Shown in pieces: positions 25,575-38,339 of a stretch of 64,000 bases of DNA (its first letter is position 1; the number at the start of each line of letters is the position of its first letter). The stretch is from Isurus oxyrinchus (lineage: Eukaryota). The DNA lies in the NCBI GenBank assembly GCA_026770705.1, contig JANJGN010000064.1, forward strand, positions 1,736,001 to 1,800,000, in the 5' to 3' direction. A program made the position numbers and the translations under genes. The notes below the pieces were generated by a model that was given only the letters and a program-made list of their open reading frames with translations, was not told the origin of the DNA and did not search any database.

Positions 25575-26440
25575 CGTTATATCCATATATTTGATTTATA
25601 ATATTGGCTTGTGTTTTTTGAACTTCCTAAATAAATATACGAACATGCACTCTATTGTGCTAAAATAGTTTCCAAGACAGTATTTTTGCGAAAGCCCTTA
25701 GGTGAAACAGAGACAAGAAGCATGCTAGGATCTCCAAAGTTGACATCGGACTTCTGGGAAATGACGCTGTGCACGTAATTGTTAAGAAAACTGAAACTGA
25801 TTGGGAAATACAAACAGACTTGGAGACGGGATATATGTATTCAATTAATTTTCAGCAGAACAGGGCCATGTCCATGGGCTCTTGCTAAAGCTGTGTGTCT
25901 AAAACTCGTGAAAATCTGTGAGATTACCAAGAGCTGATCAGAGTGTGTACTAGAGAGTTATGGGATGTTAGGTGAGAGTGCCTGTGTTAATCCTCAGCCA
26001 TCAGGCCTGTAGTGACCCGAGAGAAAGATGCTTCACAGAGTTAGGCCTTGTTGATTATAATCATATCCGTGGAGCTGGGATGGAATCATACAGCTGTTGG
26101 AGAACATTTGAGAATCGGACACTGCGTGAAGAATAGTTGAGCACGCTGGACCATGATGGATTTGTGAGAGACATTTGGACTAAACACAGTGCGAAATATG
26201 TGCTTGGAACTAGGCGAGAAATGCGTGAGACTTTCCATTGTTGTGTCAGCTACTTCAACTATAATTAATACTTTCTACTGAATACAATTAGCATTTAATT
26301 ACATATGTTTTGACTTTGTTTTTTTTTCATTTACAGTAAATGTTTTAAAAAGTAACATCTTGTCCATTGGTTTCTTCCATCGGGCTCCTTGGGGAAGTTT
26401 GGTTCTTTCAGGTAATTGATCCTCAAGTGGAGACAGTAAA
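25575..26440. mobile_element. Probable solo LTR-like insertion in GPCR intron
   Basis: Composition and 3' portion (tacagtaaatgttttaaaaagtaacatcttgtcc...) resemble shark LTRs; termini decayed. Confidence 0.35.
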
Positions 26441-28194
26441 TCATTGTCTAATGATTAGGCTTCTGCCGCCTCCCATTGAATTTCAGTCTGAAGTTTTCAT
26501 GATGTGGTAATAAATGTCTCTCGAATTCAGTCTGGAAACTTCAGTCTTGGAGAGTATCCCCCAAACTCCTCCTACGACAACCACATTTGGGCTTCGATGC
26601 CTCAAGTGTGGCTAATGGTGACTTAGGAAAGAGGGTGAAACCGGCTAATTCGGATCAGCCTTCCGTCATATATAATCCTCTCTTCCCTTTAAACGAACTT
26701 CGTCCCTGGCACTGGAATGAGGCTTGATGGAACAGTTCAGTGCAAGGCTATCCGTGAGTGCCTCGCAGGGGCAACCAGGTTATCATATAGAATTTTCATA
26801 AAAGGAAAATTGGATACTTTTTTAACTTGTAGAATTTCAACAGCCAAATAATAAACGGTTTTCCTTATATTCAACCTTCCTGCCATCAGCCAGTTGCCAT
26901 TGAGACACTGAGCAAATTTGACAATTTGCCACTGAGCATCCATGTTACACTAAACAGAATTTTACAGTCTGCTCCGTCTGCTAATTTGGAGATGGCGATT
27001 CTTCGGGAGGATATCAGATACCAGTGGTGTTCAGTATAATTCCCAGGCCATTACAGGAAGCAATAAATTCAAATAAAAATTTCTTCTGAAAAAAAAAAGA
27101 CTATCCAAAGTAATTCAAAACGGTGCCCATTTTCTATCCGTAATCGATCTGAAAGATTCGCTCAGTAACTGAACTGAACCGAGACATCACAAACAATTCT
27201 TTCCGATGGAGGAATGACGAACAGCTTCCTGTTGATCAAAATATCCTCCCGTCCCCTTCTGGGCGCAGGACGCTGCAGCTCTTAGAATTATCACTGTAAA
27301 TTAGACAATGGGCCACATTACCTCTCAGATGGTTACCTTGGATTCTAAGCAGCACATTGTTTAGTGGCCAATGAACCTCTGGAAGACCGAGAAATAAACC
27401 TCCATCTTCTTCAATGTGAACAGGAGTGTGAGGTGCTCAAAAGGTACTGAGCAGCATCGCAGCTTACACCGCAAAGGGCTAGGGCTCCCGCTGCTATTCA
27501 GCAATTTATCCCCGTAGAGAAATGTGCTGGCAGTGAGACATTCCCGCAATCAGCCACATAATCACTAGCAGTGAAATAGCCAAAAGCTATTGGACAACAC
27601 TGAATTAGGGGAATAGCAAAGACTGCCAGAATTGGGTAGTAAATATTCGTTACTTGTAGGATCATTAGCTGGATCATGTTTTTTTTTTAGAACGATGCGA
27701 GAGCTCACTCAGTTTTCTAATTGTGCTGAGATTCCAGAAATGTTTCCCACTGTACAGGTCAATTTGTCTCCCCGTGAAGAAATCAGTTTACACAATAATT
27801 CGGATTAGTCATCATCACTTCACAAACAAGCGGATTATTTCACTGTTCAGACACCCCGGTGCCTCATTGGGGAAATTTATCAGCTCAGTTCCAGAAACTT
27901 TGTCAATTAAAATTAATGATCGGAAAGTAACCACAGAGGAAATGTATTCTGCGCATAGCCCTTTGAATGTTGAAAGGAACATCTCTCCAGGACAACCTTG
28001 GATTCTATGAGCTTCATATTATTCCGCTGCGATATTTACTGAGACATTGCAGAATGTGAACGCCTTCTGGACTGTAATTACGTAACTTAAACTTTCTGTC
28101 TTCTGTGGCGTCACATCGTGATGACCCAACGTTAATAATTCTGGTGATAATATTGCTCTACAATTAACTTTACTAGAGATATCCGTATTATTCC

Positions 28195-28450
28195 GCTAGT
28201 CCCATTGACCTGCCCCTAGCCCATAACCTTCCAGACTTCTACTATCCACATATCTATGCAATTTATTCTTGAAACTTAAGAGAGAGCCCGCATTTACCAC
28301 GTCAGATGGGAGGTCGTTCCACACTCTCACCACTCTCTGAGTGAAGAATTTCACCCTAATGTTCCCACTAAACCTTTCCCCTTTCACCCTACAGCCATGC
28401 CCTCTTGCGTTTATCTCTCCTAACCTAAATGGAAAGAGCCTACGCGCATT
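28195..28450 (-). mobile_element. Young CR1 LINE 3' end
   Basis: LFPFRLGEINARGHGCRVKGERFSGNIRVKFFTQRVVRVWNDLPSDVVNAGSLLSFKNKLHRYVD..LEGYG..AGQWD, the canonical CR1 ORF2 C-terminus. Confidence 0.9.
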
Positions 28451-28668
28451 CAGACACATAGAAAAACTCATACACACACACTGAACCAGTATTGGGAGGG
28501 TGTTCACTCTCTCCAGAGAGAGAGAGAGTGAACAGGGAGCTTGTTGGTTTTGGACTGGTTTGGGTATATCCTGATGCACATTTATCCTGAGTGAGCTGTA
28601 TACAGATTCCAACCCTTGATTCTCAGACATGACTGGAATGTCTCTCAATCTCTCCCCTAGGCGCCCCA

Positions 28669-28870
28669 TCCATTGAATCTTAATCCAAGGACAGGACAGC
28701 TTGCTGATCCTTTCCATTCAATGTTAATCCCAGGACAGGGAACCTTGCTCATCCTGTCCACTGAATGTTAATCCCAAACAGAACACCTTATTGATCCTGT
28801 CCAATGAATGTTGATCTCAGGACATGACACCTTGCTGATACTGTCAATTAATGTGTTAATCGAGGACAGG
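28669..28870 (+). repeat. Minisatellite, about 44 bp unit, about 4.5 copies
   Basis: Consensus about tccattgaatgttaatcccaggacaggacaccttgctgatcctg. Confidence 0.85.
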
Positions 28871-29094
28871 CTGGGTTCAACAAGGGCCTGTCTTAATTTC
28901 TGGGATAAGTTTAAATCTATATTTCTTACCCTGTTGATTGTGTTACTCCAGTTCCAAACCCTGATATCACACAAACCCCTAAAACACTGGCAGTAGCCCT
29001 CGTCACCCACGAAACACAGGGAGTGGAAAGAGATTGTTTTTTTTTTTTACTGAGGTTGTGTCTTTGGATGTTTTACTGATCTCACTATCGATTG

Positions 29095-29395
29095 TACCGT
29101 GTGTGAGTGCATCCCTCTGTCTGTGTCTCCCTGAGTGTGTGTGTCTCTGGGTATGTGTTTGTGTGTGTGTGACTCTGTGTGTGTCTCTGTGAGTGTGTAT
29201 GTCTGTGTGTGAGTCTCTGTAAGTGTGAGTGTCTCTGTGTGTGTCTTTGTGTGTGCGTCTCTGTGAGTAGTGTGTGCATCTCTGAGAGTAAGTGTGTGCG
29301 TGTCTAGTCTGTCTGTGTGCATCTGTGTGTCTGCGTGTATGTGTGTGTGCGTGTCTGTGTGTCTGTGTACATCTGACCTCTGAGTATCTCTCTGT
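29095..29395 (+). repeat. Compound (TG)n/(TC)n microsatellite
   Basis: Visible low-complexity tract; source of the His/Thr-rich spurious ORFs. Confidence 0.95.
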
Positions 29396-29399
29396 CTTC

Positions 29400-30620
29400 T
29401 GCACTCCTATACATTTTCAGGGCACACCGGACCCTCCCTGCTCACCTGAGGAGTCCGAGGACTTGGTGGTAACTCCAGTCACATCACACCCTCTCACCCA
29501 GCCATTGCTCACGGAGATGCTGATGACATGCAGGTCAGTGTGAAACTCCAATCGTTGCTCCGCTGGATTGACTCTACATCAAGGTCAACAATCTCTCAGT
29601 AGAGGATTCCTAGGGCACTCATTCTCGGGACAGAACAATACGCCAAAACTGAATTAAATTCTACATCCTTTGTGTCTTGTTGTTAATAGTTTTTTGAAGC
29701 TCTGACAATTGTCCACGTACCTCATGCTCAATTCCAACACATGCTGCCTTTTTGAAGACGTTGGTGATATGTCATCATCATGAAGCTTGACATTGCCTTT
29801 CCCTCCCATAGCCCTCCAAGTATGAGTGACCTTGGGTATTATTGTCTTTGTCAGCTGCTTGGGCGTGTCTGTGCTGTTCACCAGATTTTGACTCCTTTAC
29901 TTATGGAATGTGACTATTTGCCGACGTGATGTTACCTGCACTGGAGGAGGGTGCGAGGGGAATAATGTGACGATGCACACTCTGAGGTCCACTTCCCGTC
30001 CTCAGAGGTGGATGGCTTTCACCCGGTCACAGTCCTTGATCTGTGAAAGGAAAAGTAGTGTTAGAAGGGAAACATTTGTTTTGTGCTCGCTAGAGGTTCT
30101 CCTGTGTTCATCCATTAGGGCATTCTTTCTCTCAGCTCCAAAACCCCCCTCAACATCTGTGATTGCCCGCCCTGCCTCCAGATCTACCAGGACATGTGTC
30201 TGAATTTCCATGGATCTAAGGATGAGGTGATCTGGGCAGAGAGACCCAGCTTGGCTCATGCCCTCTCGTCAGCTGTTTCATCTGCAAACAGAGATATCTT
30301 CATGTAACTCGCCCATCAAAGAGACACACTAGCCTATACTGGTGGCAGCCTGACTCTCCCGCATGGCACCACAGGAACGTGTCCTGCATGCAGCACTAAT
30401 CAGCGTGCAACCCTTCATCTGTCTTCTGACATTTCAGCTCTTCATTCAGTAACCAGGGCTCCCTTGCTATCTCCTCCAGAGCTGCTGTGTTTGAAAGTAC
30501 TGCTGGCTGCCTTTACAGATGGCTTCAGCATTATCTGAACCAGGATGTCCCCCGTCTGCACCGTCGAACTGGACGCCTCCTCCCACCTGTCAGCGGTGAT
30601 AATATTGCATTTGTAACACT
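29400..30620 (-). mobile_element. Harbinger/PIF-like DNA transposon relic (Myb/SANT-like accessory ORF)
   Basis: Minus-strand fragments DEGL.TLISAA...G.RLPP (30330-30420), LRSMEIQTHVLVDLEAGRAITDVEGG (30140-30230) and STDT resemble NAIF1/MSANTD-type ORFs; part recurs at 31570-31850 and 33745-34010. Confidence 0.4.
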
Positions 30621-31157
30621 GACTACCCTGACTCTACGTCCAAATACCCACTTACAATCTGATCAGCCCTTCGCACCCTGCGGTAAAATTCCAGTCATTA
30701 CCTTCAGCCCCATCACAAACTCCATTCCCGAGCCATTGACCATCCCATACCCCTCCCTAGGAACCTGGATAAGGACATGGAATCCTGCGCTTTTGTATTA
30801 TATCATCATCCTTTTTGCCATTTTGTCCTTTCCTTGCCACCCTCCCATCCCCATTTCCCTGTTGCTGAAAAGATGTTGACTAGCTGATTTTTTTTCTTCA
30901 GTTCTATTGAAAGCGCATTGATAGAAACATTTAACTCTTTTTTTTTCTCTCTGAACAGATATTGGCTGACCTGCTGAGTATTTCCAGTATATTCTATATA
31001 GATTTCAGATTTACACCAACGATAGTATTTTATCTACTCGATAAATGGAAGTTGTTTTTTGAATTTTGCACACCATGTATTATTGTCGTAATTATTGGTC
31101 TTAAAAAAAAACTGATTTAATCCTGATCCCTGTTATCTTTTTCGCTCTGATCTTCAG

Positions 31158-31328
31158 CCTGTGATATAACGATCTCACAAGTTCTGCTGCCGGGGATCTC
31201 GCCTCTGGTCTCAGTACCAGCTGGTCACTGACGAATCTGAACATTGATCTTAATAAATTGTGAGATTCAGGGGTGAAAATATTATCTGAGGCTCTGAGGA
31301 ATCTGGAGAGTAAAATACAGAAACTGCA
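31158..31328 (+). pseudogene. NLR (NLRC3/NLRP-like) leucine-rich-repeat exon, disabled
   Basis: tcttcag|...|gtaagt, exactly 171 nt, phase 2-2: L*YNDLTSSAAGDLASGLSTSWSLTNLNIDLNKL*DSGVKILSEALRNLESKIQKL; two TGA stops. Confidence 0.9.
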
Positions 31329-33312
31329 GTAAGTACAGACTGTGTGATATTATGTTTATAAGAGCAGGATAGAAAACAAAACAATGTCAGCACAATTACT
31401 TGTATAATAAATAAAAGCTGTCCAACTTTATTGGTGCCTGTGATAAAGTTATAAATTTAAAAATTCTCCATTTACTCTGATTCATGTAATTTCTGTCTCT
31501 AATCCCATCTATGGCATGTCCGTCCCACAGAATTTGTGCTGAGGGTGCAGGGGAATAAAGGACCCCTCCCCCTCCTCAGAGATGGTCTGTTCCCCGGTCA
31601 CAGGAGTCCTGGATTTGCGATAGTAAGAAGAGGGTTTCGAGGGCAATGCGCTTTACAACACCATCCTCAGATTATTGTTTGTGAACAGTGATGCACACAT
31701 GAACACGATGTTTTGTGGTGACCAGAGGCTCTCCTGTGTCCATCCATTAGGCCACTCTCTCTCTCAGCTCTGTAACCCATCTCACCATCAGTAATTGCTG
31801 CCCAGACTCTAGGCTTCCCAGCTCCAGCGCTTCACCTTCCCTCATAGTCCGGAAGAAGGCTAAACTGGTGCAGCTCGACTGTCCATCATGACGCCACTGG
31901 GATGACTCCTGTATGGAGCCATTTGGTCGGCACAAATCAACTCTGACTCGGCCCTTCAGAGAGGCTGACATCCCTAACAGGCAATGCTGCTGCCTGGGCA
32001 TTGCCAGTGTCTGGGTGGGAATGATCTTTCTACCAATTTCACTTTCATCATAAGTCATAAGTGAAGCTGTAAGCTTCACCTTGTGTGCTGCACTCACGGC
32101 CATTATCCTCATCCCCACCACAAACTCCATCCCCTGATCACTGATGCTCCATGTCCTCTAGCGACCCAGGACAAGAACTTGGGGATGCTATGATTTGGTC
32201 TTGCAAGCAGGGAAATTATCCCTTTAAGGTCGTAATCACAGAATTACAGCGGGTGTGACGTGGTTCAACACCCAACAGAACATCACAAATGTTAGATTCA
32301 GAATCAACTCTTAGGCTGTACTGAACTGTTCCCACGTTACTTCCATTTACAGTAAGCTAACACTTAGTCGCACATGTGATATATATGAGACATCAAGTCC
32401 CTAGGCTATCCCTCTCTGAACTAGCTATTCCCAAAGCTGCTAGAATAACACTTACAATCACCCCTCGGCTGGTCTTCTGATGAGGATGTAGATCCTGCTG
32501 CCAGTGACTATCTTTGGCTCCAGGTGGGTGTATTATACTGCAGATCACAGTGCACACTTCTACAGCTCTCTGCACAAAATTGTGATTGCTCTTTCTCTGG
32601 AGGCCAACTTGGCTTTCTTGTTAGCTTATGTTCTCACTCACTTTAAACAGAATTTGATCGTTAATCAAGAGGGACAAAGGCCAGCTTGTTTCTGCTGATG
32701 GTTGACCCATACAGGTTTATATACCCTATTGTCTGATTATGTTAGCAGACGCTAAACCAGTTTACCTACTCAAGTGTTAATAGTCACTTGAAACAGTTGT
32801 TTGACCACATTTCCTGCTGCAACTTGGCTCTCAAAAAGCAAATTCTCACTCCAGGAGATACTGAGTGCTGTCCTTCATGCACCATCATCCTGTGTCATTT
32901 AATCACACCTGCACTTCCATTTTGTTTCTTTCTTACCTCCATCTCCCCCATTTCCCTGGCAGGGGCGGATGGTCGTCTGAGGCCTCGATCACCCCAGCGT
33001 CAGTTGCTGAAATATAACGTCTGGTGGGAAGCCCAGCCGAGAAACTTTACTCTCACCCATTGCTTAAAACCTACTGGCGGGTGAGCTTAAAATTCAAACT
33101 GCTATCTCTAATTCTACCTTCACATATAGTGTCTGACTTGTTGAGTATTTCCAGCATTTTCTATTTATATTTCAGATTTTCATCATCAATAGTATTTTCC
33201 CTAGATATAATGGAGTGTCTCACATTGTACTTTACTATTGTCATTAATGCTGTACCCTCAGACACCGGAGATTTACCCTGATTTTTGTTGGTTTTCTCTC
33301 CCATATCTGCAT

Positions 33313-33483
33313 TCTAAAGAATAACAATCTCACAGGTTCTTGTGCCAAGGATCGTGCCTCTGCTATCAGTACAAACCAGTCAGTGACAGATCTGGACATG
33401 GGGCTTAATCAACTGGGTGACTCAGGAGTGAAACTACTGTCTATGGCTCTGCAGAACTTGGACTGCAAATTACAAAGAATGAA
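33313..33483 (+). pseudogene. NLR LRR exon, open frame but mutated acceptor
   Basis: 171 nt: LKNNNLTGSCAKDRASAISTNQSVTDLDMGLNQLGDSGVKLLSMALQNLDCKLQRM; donor gtaagt intact, acceptor reads ctgcat rather than ctgcag. Confidence 0.9.
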
Positions 33484-34629
33484 GTAAGTACCAAACGGTG
33501 TGAGAGTATGTTGATAATAACTGAATGTCTAACAGAACATTTTCAGCAAACTTATTAGAAAAAATAATTACCACTGTCGATTATTACTAACGTCAGTTAT
33601 TATGGTATTATTGGAAATGAAACTGCATGTCCTCCGCCTCCTGTTACTTCTGTAAAATCCCCAGCCTATGCGATGTCAGTCCAAGAGATTTGTGTGCCAA
33701 GGGTGTGGGGGAAAAATGTGACGGTGCACCCAGGGGCACTCTCCCCCTTCTCAGAGGTGGATGGCTGCACCCAATAACAGCAGCCCTTGATTTATGAGAT
33801 GGAGGAGAGTGATTATGGGGAAATGCACATCCCAACATTTCCTTCATACTACTCCATGTGACTAGGGACTGATACATGATCACTTTATTTGTGGTCTCCA
33901 TAGGCTGTCCTGTGTCCATCCTTCAGGCCATTCACTCTCTCAGCTCCACAACAATCTCACTGTCAGTGATTTCCTGCCCTGATTCCAATCTCCCATGGCC
34001 AGCATTTCATCTTCCATTGGCTTAATGGTGACAAGATCTGGATGTAGCCAACTATCTTTGATGGTTCCAAGACATTGTGTGCTCTCTTGTACAAGCACGT
34101 AAATTTCCATAATTACTCACCCATCGAAGACATACAAGAGCCTGCGGTGGTGACAGCCGGACTTTCCATCATTGAGACACAGGGATGCTTCCTGCTTGAA
34201 CTCACTGTGTCACGGGAGCACATGAGTCAATTCTGACTGACCGGGGATCACCACCGAGAGGCTGATATCCTTCTGGCAGCCAATGCTTCTGCCTGGGTAT
34301 TGCCAGTGGCTGCGTGGGCAAAACCTTTTGACCAAGTTCACTTTTATCCTTCGTCACTTATAAGGCTGTGAGGCTAACACTGTGTACTGTACTCACAGCC
34401 ATTATCTTTCTCCCCATCACAAACTTCATTCCTTTACCATCCTCCTTCCATGTCCTCACACGAGTGACACGGGTTTAAGGTGTGGAGTCCCCTGATTTGT
34501 TTTGTACCCTAGCCAGTTTAATCACGTTAATACTCGGTGCGTTTCCATTTTCTACTAAAAAATCCCTGCAATTTGCTGCCACTTAAAACCGGTCAAGACC
34601 CTGCTTTTCCCAGTTCTATTGTAAGCTCA

Positions 34630-35330
34630 TCAAACTGAATCATTAACCTGGAGTGAATTTTTCCCTTTCCGGTCGCATGAATGAGGTGCCTGGGAGCGGA
34701 TGTGAAATGCGCTTCTGCCCGATCAGCCCCGCGACCATGATCTTACGCTGCTTGGCCAAATGAGAGCCAGCCAGTGTGAAGCGTACCCGGGGAAAGTCTC
34801 AGCACTGCCGCTGGGGGAGGGAAGAGGGCGGCACCGACCTCATTGTAAGTGCTAATGAGCGCTTCCAGTGAGCTCCCTGAAGGCAGATAGATGACTGAGA
34901 GAGCTGCAGACCCCCGGATAAAAAAAAGAAAAGCACAAAAGGGCTGCAAAAATGTCAATGCAGCACAATCAAGCTCGTTAAAGCAGGCCTCACACAAAAA
35001 ATAGTCCTCGGATATTTATTTTTATTTTAAATCCTAACGGAGATTCCATCCCTCCCTTGGATGAGGTTTCACCAAGAATGTAAAGGTTTTCTGGTCGATT
35101 GGCTGGTCCGCCAACGTAAGGTTTCATGGGCCACGAAAACCCACTGACAATTGGGACGTTAGTGGATTTAATTTCCCGCTTAATTGTGCGCGTGTGCTCT
35201 TTAAATTTTGCGAGTACTCGCCAAGCGAAATATCGCAAGAGTGCGTGATGACGTCACTACGCTCGTCCGAGATCATCTCATACGATTCCAAACCTGCTTG
35301 CGTCAGGCACGCACCCACCTGCGGGACTCT
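34630..35330. mobile_element. CpG-rich non-autonomous DNA transposon (Harbinger-type MITE-like)
   Basis: Abrupt CpG-rich block beginning ggagtgaatttttccc...; resembles shark non-autonomous elements; TIR pair not confirmed. Confidence 0.4.
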
Positions 35331-35564
35331 GGGGTCTGTTTCTCCCTTCCCAGATACTGTCTCACAGGCTGACTATTTACAGAATATTCCTTTATATTTC
35401 GCAATGACAGTATCAATTATAGATTACTTTTATGTTTTCAAATTGTTTCTTCAATGTTTCACACTGTATATTATTATTTATATTAGTTACTTTCCTTGAT
35501 AGAAACTGGAAATATATTCTGATTACTGTTATTTATCTATTTCGAACTCTCCTCCACCCCCCAG

Positions 35565-35730
35565 TCTATGGGGCACCAATCTGACAGATTCTTGCGCAAA
35601 GGATCTTGCCTCTGTTTTTTTAGTCGCTCAGTGACGGATCTGAACCTGGGTAACAACAAACTGCGAGATTCAGGAGTGACACACTGTCTGTCGCTCTGAG
35701 GAGGCAGGAATGTAAAATACAGAACCTGGA
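35565..35730 (+). pseudogene. NLR LRR exon, frameshifted
   Basis: ccccccag|...|gtaata, 166 nt: LWGTNLTDSCAKDLASVF / SRSVTDLNLGNNKLRDSGVT / LSVALRRQECKIQNL. Confidence 0.9.
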
Positions 35731-35744
35731 GTAATATAGATTTT

Positions 35745-36010
35745 TCTTTTCCCACCTATTTCCATTATTTTTAAATATTTTAAAATCTTTTATGCTCTCC
35801 CCACCCCCATTAGAGCTATACCTTGAGTGCCCTACCATCCATTCTTAATTAGCACATTCGTTTAGATAATATCACCAACTTTAACTTTAACACCTATGTG
35901 TTCTATTGTACCATTGTCATTGACATCTTTTGATGATTTGCTTCTATCACTGCTTGTGTCCATACAACCACACCCCCAACCCCCCACCCCCCAACCCCCC
36001 ACCCCCCAAC

Positions 36011-36043
<33 letters not shown>

Positions 36044-36255
36044 CGCCCCCCCCCCCCCCCCCCCCACACACACACCTTAAACCAGCTTATATTTCAACTT
36101 TTTCTTGGACTCGAACTCAAGTTCTGTCGAACGGTCATGAGGACTCGAAAGGTCAACTCTTTTCTTCTCTGCCGATGCTGCCAGACCTGCTGAGTTTTCC
36201 AGGTAATTCTGTTTTTGTTTTCGATTTCCAGCATCCGCATTTTTTTTGTTTTCAG
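35745..36255 (+). mobile_element. Penelope-like element 3' end / pseudo-LTR, comparatively young, with C/CT microsatellite
   Basis: Ends gatgctgccagacctgctgagttttccaggtaattctgtttttgttttcgatttccagcatccgca, the best-preserved copy of this family in the window. Confidence 0.7.
36120..36158 (+). ncRNA. Degenerate minimal type I hammerhead ribozyme motif in Penelope pseudo-LTR
   Basis: AGUU-CUGUCGA-A-CGGUC(AUGAG)GACUC-GAAA-G-GUC-AACU: stem I AGUU/AACU, stem II, GAAA, GUC site; core deviates from CUGANGA and GAAAC. Confidence 0.5.
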
Positions 36256-36440
36256 CCTGGATATTGTCCAGGTCTTGCTGCATTTGGCCATGGACTGCTT
36301 CAGTATCCGAGGAGTCGCGAATGGTGCTGAACATTTTGCAATCATCAGCGAGCATCTCCACTTCTGGCATTATGTTGGATGGAAGATCATTGATGAAACA
36401 ACTGATGATAGTTTGGCCGAGGACGCTACCCTGAGGACAC
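36255..36440 (-). mobile_element. CR1-group LINE RT core fragment
   Basis: PQGSVLGQTIISCFINDLPS..EVEMLADDCKMF..QQDLDNIQA (RT motifs PQGS and ADD). Confidence 0.9.
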
Positions 36441-36449
36441 TGCACCGCA

Positions 36450-37380
36450 AGTGAGAGCCATGGAAAATAATAGAAAATTCATTGGGGAAGTGAAGAGGAA
36501 ATGCAGGTAGAAAAGCGCGACTGGGAGAATAGACTAGCAGTTACTTTCTCTATGGATATAAATATAAAAGGTTGTGAAAACAGGAGCGGGCAATATAAAC
36601 CTGCTTTTAGTTAAATGTTGATCATTCACAGGATTGGTTTAGGGGCAGGGCGTTGAGGAAAGTAAGTTTGGAAATTGCGGAGGGCAGTGGGCCGCAAATT
36701 TCCAATCCTGCTTAGTTATAATGGACGATGCTAGAGGATTGTAGAATTGCAAATATTATACCATTGTTAACAAAATGTAGCTAAGTATCATTTTGTAAAC
36801 CACACAAGCACCAGTTTAACCACAAGTGGTTGAAGAGCTTTTGGAAACGATATCCAGAGACAAAATGTATTACCACATGGATAACTGCGGATTCTTTAAT
36901 TAAAACATGTCTGGATGTGTTAAAAGCAGATTGTGTTCAGTTAACTTGATTGTTTTGGGAAGAAGACTGTCAGTGGAGCATGGGCACCAAGTCAGCTGAA
37001 TGATAGAAAACAAAGAGCTGCTGTGATTTGATATATAATGGGATTCTCCAGCTATCAACAGTGTCATCAATGCTGTTTTTCTCCAACACAGGACCGAGGC
37101 GCCAACTTGGAAGGCACCATTTCAGAATTTGTGGATGACACAAAACTCAGAAGTGTTGTGAAATTCAGAGGAGGCTAATAATAAACTTCCAGCGGACGGA
37201 GGTAGGCAGAAGGGACAGATGCCATGAAGTGAAATTTAATGTGGAGAAGTGTGAAGTTGTACATTATTTCAGGGATAGCGAAGGAAGGTGATATGAGCCA
37301 ATGCTAAATGAGATACAGGAGCCGAGGGGGCTGGAGAATGGGCTGCACCAACCATTGAAGTTGGCAGCGCATGTCGGGAC
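36450..37380 (+). mobile_element. CR1 LINE ORF2 fragment, degenerate
   Basis: gaggattgtagaattgcaaat (DWRIAN-like), atttgtggatgacacaaaact (FADDTK-like), tttaatgtggagaagtgtgaagtt (FNVEKCEV). Confidence 0.75.
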
Positions 37381-38339
37381 GTTAGTTAAATTAGTGACCG
37401 GTGATTCAGCGCAAAATCAAGTGGGTCCACCGACTGTGCGTTGAATTTTCAATTCACTCCCAGCATTCAGCGGAGTTGCAAGGAGAGGGAACTGGAATAT
37501 CTTTCTACTTGGCTTTCAGTCAGAGATTTGTCGTGTTTGTAGCAAATACAGTGACAACTAACCAGAAGGAAAAATAAAGCAACTGCAGTCGTCATGTATG
37601 CGTTGATCTCAGAGACAGTCGGCTCGCAGCACCGCTTGACAGAAGAGAAGACAACACTGTGGAGAGTTCTCACTGATTTCCGCTAATATTTGCGCTGTGC
37701 TGAGTGTTCCTCATAAGAACTGAAACCGTTTTAAATTTAATTCAAAAAGGTTATACGGCGAAAGCGTTCCTTTCTCAGTTTGTGAATTTTAATGAATTAT
37801 GTGCCACTGAAAAACTTCTGAGCTATGACGTATATTTTGCAATATCATTGTTTTGTTTCACCCGGACGTGGTTTAAAGAAATTCGCAACAAATTATTCCC
37901 CTGTTGTACGAAACTTGTAAAGCACATAGAAACAAATGATTTTAGTGCCGCCAACTGAACAGTCGATGCAGAGCCAGTCATGAAGGATGTGTGGAGTACA
38001 CGAAGAGCATATCATTCAGGAATCCAGTGAGCAATGGACGTATTTTCTAGATGATGAGAATCAGGGGAACAAGGAGGTGCAAAAGGTTGGGCCTTCAGGT
38101 ACTTCGCTCACTAACCGCCAATGCACTTGTACAAACAATCACTTTAAGATCTCAACTTCCAGGCTGTCATATCCGAACTACCACTCATTGCAATAGATAT
38201 TTATACAACTGCCTTTAATTTGCTGCTACACGGATATATGTAACATGCTAAAAACCTACAAAGGAGTTTTGTAATGCAATGTTGCGAATTACATACCACC
38301 ATCTTGCTATAAACATGACTGTACACCACTTCTGGGGTC

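Noticed and set aside
26737-27550. Search for exon 1 of the minus-strand GPCR pseudogene (e.g. ALALCGV near 27465)
   Set aside because: No convincing YxxLxxxGVP plus GT donor; in-frame stop upstream
28669-28870. Regular repeat that might be taken for a CRISPR array
   Set aside because: Head-to-tail units with no unique spacers, in eukaryotic DNA
29003-29404. His/Thr/Arg-rich ORFs
   Set aside because: Translations of a TG/TC microsatellite
35862-36330. Pro-rich and Gly-rich ORFs
   Set aside because: Poly-C/CT tract inside a Penelope remnant
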